From NCBI GenBank assembly GCA_028826165.1, contig JAPDFW010000125.1, forward strand, positions 682,001 to 746,000: DNA of 64,000 nucleotides. The letters run 5' to 3'. Positions 42,040 through 51,559 of this stretch are shown here, piece by piece (position 1 is the first letter of the stretch; each line of letters opens with the position of its first letter). This DNA is from Anaeramoeba ignava BMAN. Its lineage: Eukaryota > Protista > Anaeramoebae. A program made the translations under genes and the position numbers. Below the pieces are notes generated by a model that was not told where the DNA came from, made no database searches, and worked only from the letters and a program-made list of their open reading frames with translations.

Positions 42040-43863
42040 TTAATTTTGATTTTGAATATTAAATTTGTTAATTAATAAATCAAATAAATTTGGATTTGTT
42101 TGATTTAATTGGAAATAATCAATTCCAATTTGAATTTCATCAATAATTTCTTGTGTAATTTGAATTTCATCTTTAATTTTATTTGAATAAATCCAATATT
42201 CAAATATTTGAAATGATTTATTACTTAATTCACTATAATCTGTAACTTTATTTGATTTATCTTCAGTTACAGATAAAAACATTCCTCGATATAATTCACT
42301 TCTCATTATTAATATTAATTTAGGAAATTTATATTGTTTTTCTTTTCTTTCAATAATAAAATCTTTTTCATTTTCATTTTCATTTTCATTTCCATAAATT
42401 CTTTTCATTGTTTCTTCAATTTTTTCATTTGAATTTATAATTTCTTTAATTTCTGAATATAATTTTGGATTTATTATTTTATTTGAATAAATCATTTCAA
42501 ATATTTGATTTGATTCTTTAATTGATTTTTTTGAAATAATTTCTTGAAGTTTTTCAATTTGATTTTGATTTTGATTTTGATTTAATCTATATTTCAATAT
42601 TAATTTATGAGCTTTGATTATTTCTCCATTTTCTGTTTTAAATGAAATATCACAAAATTCTTTTCTTCTAAATAATTTTATCAAATCTTCTTCAAGATTG
42701 GAAAAAGAAGAAAAAGAATAATAAAGAAATGAACTTTTATATCCGCAATAAACATGATAATTGAAAGTATCTTCATTAAATCTTAATTCAAGAAATTCAA
42801 TTTGAATTGGAAATAATTGATGATTTGTATCTCCAGTTCCTAATTGACCAAATTCATTATTTCCAAATCCAAACAATTTACCTTTGGAAGTTAAAATCAA
42901 AGTATGTTCATTCCCAACAGAAAAATCAAGAATATTATCATTTTCATTTTCTTCAAATAAAGATGATTTGATTTCAGTAAATTCATAGGTATATTCATTT
43001 TTGCCAAGTCCATTATATCTATAATCTCCACATGAATAAAGTTTTCTTTTTGGATTTTGATCTTCATTTTCAATCATCATAACTGAGTGCCAGTATCCAC
43101 ATTGAATATCAATTATTTTACCTTTTGGAATATTTTGTATTTTGGTTAATTTATCGATATATGCATCTTCTTTTCTTGATTTTTCTAATCCAAGTTGACC
43201 CCAATAATTCCAACCACATCCAAATAATTCTTGATTTGAATTTAAAAGAAAAACACAAGTTGATTCATTTCCTGAAAATATTTTAGAAACATTTTTCATC
43301 ATTAAAATTGGTTTTTCTGTTTTTCGAATTGTTTTAGAATCAAAACCAAGTTGAGTAGAATAATTTGAACCAATTCCATAAGCATTTTGATTTGAAGTTA
43401 ATAAATAAATTGAACTGTATCCAGAAACAATATCTTGAATTGTTCTATCATTTATATCTTCAATTAATGATGAAATATTGATAAATTCTTTTGGATTATT
43501 TGAATTGATATCAATTCCTTTGGCAAATACATTTCCTTCTATTGTTAAGATAGCTTCATTTGCATAACCAACAGTTAATTTTTGAATATTTTCAATTTGG
43601 ATTTTTTCAGGATTTTGATTTGAATCATTTCCTTTTAAATATTCTATTGCTTTTCCATTTTTAAAAAGGAAAATTATTGAATATTCTCCTGTTGAAATTT
43701 GTTTAATTTGTTTTTCATTTTCATTTTCATTTTCATTTTCATTTTCATTTAAATTTTCATTTTCATTTTCAAATTTAAATTGAATTGGTTTTGTTATTGA
43801 ATCTGGTTCATTTTTGATAAGTTTTGGATATTTATTATAACCAAAAAATAAACAATCATTCAT
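42040..43863 (-). CDS. R19: RCC1 + tandem BTB protein, non-CaaX
   Basis: Start placed at MNDCLFFG (43863); ends FNIQNQN*. Confidence 0.9.
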   Translation of the reverse strand: MNDCLFFGYNKYPKLIKNEPDSITKPIQFKFENENENLNENENENENENEKQIKQISTGEYSIIFLFKNGKAIEYLKGNDSNQNPEKIQIENIQKLTVGYANEAILTIEGNVFAKGIDINSNNPKEFINISSLIEDINDRTIQDIVSGYSSIYLLTSNQNAYGIGSNYSTQLGFDSKTIRKTEKPILMMKNVSKIFSGNESTCVFLLNSNQELFGCGWNYWGQLGLEKSRKEDAYIDKLTKIQNIPKGKIIDIQCGYWHSVMMIENEDQNPKRKLYSCGDYRYNGLGKNEYTYEFTEIKSSLFEENENDNILDFSVGNEHTLILTSKGKLFGFGNNEFGQLGTGDTNHQLFPIQIEFLELRFNEDTFNYHVYCGYKSSFLYYSFSSFSNLEEDLIKLFRRKEFCDISFKTENGEIIKAHKLILKYRLNQNQNQNQIEKLQEIISKKSIKESNQIFEMIYSNKIINPKLYSEIKEIINSNEKIEETMKRIYGNENENENEKDFIIERKEKQYKFPKLILIMRSELYRGMFLSVTEDKSNKVTDYSELSNKSFQIFEYWIYSNKIKDEIQITQEIIDEIQIGIDYFQLNQTNPNLFDLLINKFNIQNQN

Positions 43864-43933
43864 TTTTGAAAAGAAAAAAAATGAAAAAAAAAAAGCAAAA
43901 AAAATTTTTTTCATTTTTTTTCTTTCAATTAAA
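43864..43933. promoter_or_regulatory. 70-bp quasi-palindromic bidirectional promoter
   Basis: AAAGAAAAAAAATGAAAAAAA ... TTTTTTTCATTTTTTTTCTTT between head-to-head ATGs. Confidence 0.6.
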
Positions 43934-46900
43934 ATGTTAGCGGTTAAAAGAGCATTAAAACAATTTCAACCAAAAATTCAAGAAGCAGCAAATCGAATCT
44001 CTTCATTAATTGGAAAAACACTTGAATTTTTCTTTGATTGGGATGAATTTATGAAATCATCAACAGTAAACAAAGAAGAAAAACCAAAAATCATTGAATT
44101 AGTTGTTGAACGATATATTCCAAACATTGAAGCTGCGTAAGAATAAATAATTCAAACATTTTTTTAAATTTTGAAAGCAAAAAAATTTTTTTTTATTTTT
44201 AACATTCTTATTCTCATTTACCATTATAATTATAATTATAATTATAAATGAATTTTAATTTTAAATTTAATTTTAATTATAATTATAATTTTAATTTTAA
44301 TTTTAATTTTAATTTTAATTTTAATTTTAATTTTAATTTTAATTTTAATTTTAATTTTAATTATAATTTTGAATTTTAATTTTAATTTTAATTTTAATTT
44401 TAATTTTAATTTTAATTTTAATTTTAATTTTAAATTATAATTTTAATTTTAATTTTAATTTTAAGTCAATTTTAATTTTAATTTTAATTTTAATTTTGAT
44501 TTTAAATTTAATTTTAATTTTAATTTTAAATTTAATTTTAATTTTAATTTTAAATTTAATTTTAATTTTAATTTTAATTTGATTTTGAATTTTAATTTTG
44601 ATTTTAATTTTAATTTTAATTTTAATTTTTGAATTTTAATTTTAAATTTTTAATTTTAATTTTAATTTTGATTTTAATTTTAATTTTAATTTTAATTTTA
44701 ATTTTAATTTTAATTTTAATTTTTAATTTTAATTTTAATTTTAATTTTAATTTTAATTTTTATTTTTTAAATTTTTAAATGATTTTTAATTTTGATTTTA
44801 ATTTTAATTTTTAATTTTAATTTTAATTTTTTAATTTTAAATTTTTTTAATTTTAATTTTTTAATTTTAATTTTAATTTTAATTTTATTTAATTTTTATT
44901 TTTAATTTTAATTTAATTTTAATTTTAATTATAATTTTTAATTTTATTTTTTTTAATTTAAATTTTGATTTTAATTTTATTTTAATTTTAATTTTTTTTT
45001 AATTTTAATTTTAATTTTAATTTTAATTTTATTAAATTTTGATTTTAATTTTAATTTTAATTTTAATTTTAAATTTTGATTTTAATTTTAATTTTAATTT
45101 TAATTTTAATTTTGATTTTAATTTTAATTTTAATTTTAATTTTAATTTTAATTTTAATTTTAATTTTAAATTTTAATTTTAATTTTAATTTTAATTTTAA
45201 TTTTAAATTATAATTTTAATTTTAATTAGAATTACAGAAATTGTTAAAGAAAAACCAGGACAAAAAGTGATGTCTGTTATTGAGAAAATTATTATTCGAA
45301 TTATCACAAATCAAACTGATGTAACTAATTTCTCGTTTACATTTGAAGATGAAGATACAACACTTGTTTTTAATGTTTTACCTGCTCAAATGTATTACAG
45401 TTCTTCTGGTTTAGTTACTCCTCTCAAAAAATTATTGGATAATGCTTATAATCTCAATGTTTGGGATAAACAATCTCAAGCTAAACCAATTATTGATGAA
45501 TTTAAAAAGAAATTTACTCAATTAATCGGGGTTGAAGAAGTTAAATTTAATATTAAATTGAATTTTAAAGAGTAATTTTCTCAAAATCAAATTAATTTAA
45601 AATTAAAATTCAAATCAAAATTAAATTTTAAAATTTAAATTAAAATTCAATTCAAAATCAAAATTAAAATCAAAATCAAAATCAAAATCAAAATTTAAAA
45701 TCAAATCAAAAACAAAATCAAAATCAAAATTTAAAATCAAAATCAAAAAAAATCAAATTTAAAATCAAATTTTAAAAATTAAAATAAAAATTAAAATTAA
45801 AATTAAAATCAAATTTAAAATTAAAATTAAAAATTAAAATTTAAAATTAAAATTCAAAATTAAAAATTAAAATTTAAAATTAAAATCAAATTTAAAATCA
45901 AATTAAAAATTAAAATCAAAATTTAAAATTAAAATTAAAATTAAAATTAAAATTACAAAAAATTAAAATCAAAATTAAAATTAAATTTAAAATCAAAATT
46001 AAAATTCAAAATCAAAATTAAAATTAAAATTAAAATTATAATTAAAATTAAAATTTAAAATCAAAATTAAAATTAAATTTAAAATTTAAAATCAAAATTA
46101 AAATTAAATTTAAAATTTAATTAAAATCAAATTCAATTCAAAATTAAAATTAGATTCCTTAAAAGTGAATCGGTTTCACAAGATGATAAAGGCAAAATCT
46201 TTGATTTAACAAAAGATCGATATTTACCAAACATTTATTCAGCTTTTCAAGAAATTTCACAAGATCTTATTGGAAAAAACATTTTCAAAAACATTTCCAA
46301 ACTTACAATCTTAATTCATGTTGATTCAACAACTCAATCCAATTTCTCATTCACTCTTGATGATCAATTAACAACTTTAGTTTTTCATATTCTTGCTAAA
46401 CAAATTTATTATTCTTCAAGTGGCTTAGCTAGACCTTTAAGAAAAATTTTAGATGATAATTATAACTTGAATATTCTTTTGGCTTTGGAAGAGAATAATA
46501 AAAAGATTACTCAATTTGCTGAACAATTTTCTAAACTTCCTGGTGTTGAAGACTCTTTTCAAATTTTCATGGATGTTCAACAGTATATTTTCAATATCAA
46601 TTTTAAATTTAAATATCAATTTAAATATCAATTTAAATATCAATATCAATATCAATTTAAATATCAATTTCAATTTAAATATCAATTTAAATATCAATTT
46701 AAATATAAATTTAAATATCAATTTTAATATCAATATTAATATCAATATCAATTTAAATATCAATTTAAATATCAATATCAATATCAATTTAGATATCAAT
46801 TTAAATATCAATTTAAATATCAATTTAAATATCAATTTAAATATCAAATTTAAATATCAAATTTAAATATCAATTTAAATATCAATATCAATATCAATTT

Positions 46901-49431
46901 CAATATCAATTTAAATATTAATTTCAATTTCAATATTAATTTCAATTTAAATATCAATTTAAATATCAATTTAAATTTCAAAATAAAAAATTCAAATAAA
47001 TTTAAAATAGATTTCTATTTTCACAAGATGTTTCACAAGATGATAAAGGAAAAATTTATTCTTTAGCAACGGATCGATATTTACCAAACATTTTAAAAGC
47101 ATATCAAACAATTTCCGAGACTGTTGCTGGACAAAAGATTCTATCATTAATTCCAAAACTTGTTCTTCGTGTTCACACTGAATCAAAAGATATTTCCAAT
47201 TTTTCTTTCAGTTTTGAAGATGATGATAAAACAATTGTTTTTCATATTCTTGCTAAGCAAATCTATTATTCTTCGAGTGGTTTGGAAAGATCTTTTAGAG
47301 CTATTCTTGATAATACTTATAATCTTAATATTTGGGAAAGTTCTTCAAAATATGAACCTATTATTAATGGTTTTTCTCAGAAATTTGCTGAATGTATTAA
47401 CAGTCAAAATCCTATTTCAATTAGACTTGAAATGAAAGCGTAATTACAAAATAAATATTAATTTTAATATCAAAATCAATTTCAAAATCAATTTCAAAAT
47501 CAATTTCAAAATCAATTTCAAAATCAATTTAAATATCAATTTCAATTTAAATATCAAATTAAATATCAATTTCAATTTAAATATCAATTTCAAAATCAAT
47601 TTTAATATCAAATTAAATATCAGTATCAAATTCAATTTTAATTTCAATTTAAATTTTAATATCAAATTCAATTTTAATTTTAATATCAAATTAAATATCA
47701 AATTCAATTTTAATATCAATATCAAATTCAATTTAAATATCAAATTCAATTTCAATTTTAATTTCAATTTTAAAATCAATTTTAATTTAAATATCAAATT
47801 CAATTTCAATATCAATTTCAATTCTAATATCAATATCAATTCAATTTAAATATCAATTTTAATATCAAATTCAATTTAAATATCAATTTCAATATCAAAT
47901 TCAATTTAAATATCAAATTCAATTTTAATATCAATTTTAATATCAATTTTAATATCAATTTCAATATCAATATCAATTTCAATTTAAATATCAATTTCAA
48001 AATCAATTTCAAAATCAATTTAAATATCAATTTTAATTTTAATATCAAATTAAATATCAATTTTAATATCAATTTAAATATCAATTTAAATATCAAATTA
48101 AATATCAAATTCAATATCAATTTAAATATCAATTTAAATATCAATTTTAATATCAATTTAAATATCAATTCAATTTAAATTTCAATATCAATCCAAATAT
48201 CAAATTTAATATCAATTTCAATTTAAATATCAAATTCAATATCAAATTTAATTTCAATTTCAATTTCAATTCCAAATTTAATATCAAATTCAAATTTCAA
48301 TTTAAATATAAATTTTAATTTTAATATAAAAATATAGATTCCTTAAATCTGAATCAGTTCCTCAAGATAATAAAGGAAAAGTTTTCCAACTTATTAGTGA
48401 AAGATTTTTACCAAATATTTACAAAGCTTATGAAACAATTGCTGTTAATGATATTTCTAAACAAGCACTTCAATTATTTCATGATATTTTAATAACATTT
48501 GTTCCAAAAGATGCTTCAAAATCAAATTTCTCATTTGAATATGATCCAGAAAATTCACTTTTAATCTTTAATATTGTTTTTGATCAAGTAAATTTTAATC
48601 AAATTTAAAATTCAAATTAAATCAAAAAAATTCAAATTAAAAATTTGAAAATTAAAAATTCAATTAAATCAAAAAAATTAAAATTAAAATTAAAAATTTG
48701 AAATTTAAAAATTCAATTAAATCAAAAAAATTCAAATTAAAAATTAAAAAATTTTCTTTTGTTTTTTTTTTGCTTTCTTCATTTTAGATCTTTTACTCAA
48801 GTTCAGGTTTAGAAAGACCACTTAGAACTCTTTTAAACCAAATCTTCTACTTGAATATCAAATTAGAAATTGAACAACTTCAACCAGCTCTTCAAGAAGC
48901 ATCTTTGAAAATCAGTCAAATCATTTCAAATCCATTTTATATCCTTGTTGAATACAATCAATTAATCGCTGATACAAGTGTGGATGTTGACCAAAAAGCT
49001 TCTGCAATCAAATTGGCAAGAGAACGTTATTTACCTAAAATTATTTCACCTGATTCTGGAATTCCTCATGTTTGTCGTGATTCAGATGGTATTGAAGCAA
49101 TGCAAATGTTCACAAAATTCATCATTACTTTCGATAAGAATGACCAAGTTTCAAATTTTCGTAAATATTTTAAAAAGAAAAATAAAAAATTCTCACTTTT
49201 TTTTTTGCCTGTTTTTTATTAATTTTATTTTTAATTTTTTTTATAGAAATTACAATGGATGAAAATGAAGGAATTTTATATTTCTGGGTTAAACCAAGTC
49301 AGGTAAATATTCAGTTAATTTTTAATTTAATTTTTAATTTAATTTTAAATTTTTAATTTTAATTTAATTTAATTTAGATTTTTTATTCTCCACCTTCAAA
49401 TATCGCAAATTTAATCGAGAAATTACTTTAA
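43934..49431 (+). CDS. Uncharacterised 711-aa protein of five tandem ~143-aa domains; exons 43934-44136, 45230-45571, 46154-46582, 47011-47439, 48338-48587, 48788-49160, 49247-49302, 49378-49431
   Basis: Seven GT..AG introns give one continuous 2136-nt frame; recurring motifs FL.S..V.QD.KGK, (D/E)R(Y/F)(L/I)P(N/K)I, NFSF, Q(I/M)(Y/F)YSSSGL. Confidence 0.85.
44240..45225 (+). repeat. Intronic (TTTTAA)n satellite
   Basis: Fills intron 1 of the 5-domain gene. Confidence 0.9.
45590..46150 (+). repeat. Intronic (AAAATT/AAAATC)n satellite
   Basis: Fills intron 2; reverse complement of the intron 1 satellite. Confidence 0.9.
46590..48330 (+). repeat. Intronic ~12-bp (AATATCAATTTA)n satellites in introns 3 (46583-47010) and 4 (47440-48337)
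   Basis: Direct inspection; exon 4 lies between them. Confidence 0.85.
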
Positions 49432-49603
49432 ATTACTTAATTAATTTTCATTTTTTTTTCAAATTTTCTTTTTAATTTTTCTTTTAATTTTTCATTTCAA
49501 AAAAAAAGCAAAGTTGGATAATCCAAATTAAAAGAGAAAATTTTCAAATTCCACTTTTTTTTTTCCATTTTTTTTTTATTACATATAAAACTTTTTTTTT
49601 TTT

Positions 49604-50782
49604 TTAAAGAAAATCATTCCCTAAAGAATTAGTGAAATATCGTTGAATTTCTTCTCTTGTTGCTCTTAATTGTGCCATATGAGAAATTTCTTGATCGATC
49701 CAAGGATTTTCAGAAAATGTCAAATATTCCAATGATTGGCATAAAGCAAGTTCGATTGGAAAAATTTGGATTTGATTATAAGAACAGTTGAAGAGTTTCA
49801 ATTTTTTCATTTGAAGGAATTGAAGAGGAAGATGAGTAATTCTGTTATTATCGATCCAAATTTTAGTACAATTTTCAAGTTGAGTAATTGAATCAACTTG
49901 GCTTAAGTGATTAAAAGAAAGATAAATTTTCTTAAGAAATTTCCATTGATGAATTTCTTTTGGAAATTGAGTTAATTCGTTATTGAACAGATTCAGCATT
50001 CTTAAGTTTTTGAATTGCAATAAAGAATCTATTGAAGAAAAACGATTGAAACTTAAATCAAGTTTGATTAATTTTGGATCATTATTCAAAACGGGGATTG
50101 AAGAGATTTGGTTATAAGATAATAGCAGGTATTCAAGTTGATCAATAAATTGAATTATTTCAGGAGAATCAAGACTGGAAATCAAATTGCTGTCCATGTT
50201 CAATTTTATCAGTTTGGGAAGCTTGAGAATTTCAGGTGGAATTGTGTTAAAATTGTTGAATCCAAGATTAAGTTCTTCTAATTCAACAAGTTCTGAAAAT
50301 TCCTTATCAAGATTTGCCAATCCAATTGTTTCTAAATGTAAAACCTTCAATTTTCTGCATTGTGAGACAATTTGCAAGTTGGAAAATAATTTGCAAGAAA
50401 TCAAACGAAAATCAGTCAAATTTTGGAACTTTTTCATGTTGGTTAATTCATTTCTTAAATTGAAAGTAAGAAACATTTGAGAAAAACGAAGTGATTGAAC
50501 AACTGGGCATTTTTTAGAAATCAAAGAGAGAATATCGTCTATTGACATTTTAGATGTTAGAGCTTTTGGCCAGTGCAAGATAAAGGATCTTAATTGTTTT
50601 GTTCTTGAAAATAATTTGGAAAGTTGAAATCGAGATATTTTTTGTTGATCTATAAATATTTCTCGCCATAATGATGCGTGAAATGAAGCTTCTTTCCATT
50701 TTTTGCAAACTTGTGCTGTTATACAAAGTTTACTTTTTGGAAGGAATGTGAAAATATAAATCAATAATTCAAAAAGTAACAT
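49604..50782 (-). CDS. F-box + leucine-rich-repeat protein (SCF substrate adaptor-like)
   Basis: N-terminal F-box ELLIYIFTFL....LC..AQVCKKW; LRRs LEELNLGFNNFNTIPPEI, LIKLDLSFNRF, LKLFNCSYNQI; LRR cap LTFSENPW. Confidence 0.88.
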   Translation of the reverse strand: MLLFELLIYIFTFLPKSKLCITAQVCKKWKEASFHASLWREIFIDQQKISRFQLSKLFSRTKQLRSFILHWPKALTSKMSIDDILSLISKKCPVVQSLRFSQMFLTFNLRNELTNMKKFQNLTDFRLISCKLFSNLQIVSQCRKLKVLHLETIGLANLDKEFSELVELEELNLGFNNFNTIPPEILKLPKLIKLNMDSNLISSLDSPEIIQFIDQLEYLLLSYNQISSIPVLNNDPKLIKLDLSFNRFSSIDSLLQFKNLRMLNLFNNELTQFPKEIHQWKFLKKIYLSFNHLSQVDSITQLENCTKIWIDNNRITHLPLQFLQMKKLKLFNCSYNQIQIFPIELALCQSLEYLTFSENPWIDQEISHMAQLRATREEIQRYFTNSLGNDFL

Positions 50783-50918
50783 TTTTTTCTTATGAAATGA
50801 AAAAAATAGATTTTAATTTAAAAATTGTTTTGTTTTTTCTAAAATGAATAAATGATGTAATTATTTGAATTTTTTGAGTTTTTGTTTTAAATCATTTTTT
50901 AAATATGAAATTAATTTG

Positions 50919-51398
50919 ATTTATAATTTAAATATAAATCAAATCTATTTTTATTAATAATAATTTTATAAATAAAAAATATTATTAATTTTATATTGTT
51001 TTTAAATATAATTTAAATAGATATTAATAATATAAAATTAATATATTTATAATTTAATTTCATTTTATAATTTAAATATAAATTAAATCTATTTTTATTA
51101 ATAATAATTTTATAAATAAAAAATATTATTAATTTTATATTATATTTTAAATATAATTTAAATAGATATTAATAATATAAAATTAATATATTTATAATTT
51201 AATTTCATTTTATAATTTAAATATAAATTAAATCTCATTTTTATTAATAATAATTTTATAAATAGAAAATATTAATTAATTTTATATTATTTTTAAATAT
51301 AATTTAAATAGATATTAATAATATAAAATTAATATATTTATAATTTAATTTCATTTTATAATTTAAATATAAATTAAATCTCATTTTATTAATAATAA
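50919..51398. repeat. ~145-146-bp tandem repeat, ~3.3 copies
   Basis: AATAGATATTAATAATATAAAATT recurs at 51016, 51161, 51307. Confidence 0.85.
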
Positions 51399-51559
51399 AT
51401 TTTTAAATGGAAAATTACTTTAACTAATTTTAACAATTTTTTCAATAAAATAAAACAAGAATTTGCACAAAAAAATAAACTATTCAATAAAAGAAGAAAA
51501 AAAATGAAAAAAAATTTTTTTAATTGATTTTCATTTTTTTTCATTTTTATTTTTTTAAT

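Noticed and set aside
1-43863. Diversity-generating retroelement as the cause of hypervariability
   Set aside because: No reverse transcriptase or template repeat in the window; variation is spread over all blades and not visibly restricted to adenines
46449-48168. ORFs such as MIFKLIFKL..., MLNNFLN..., MILILELKL..., and 56410-56805
   Set aside because: Translations of intronic satellites
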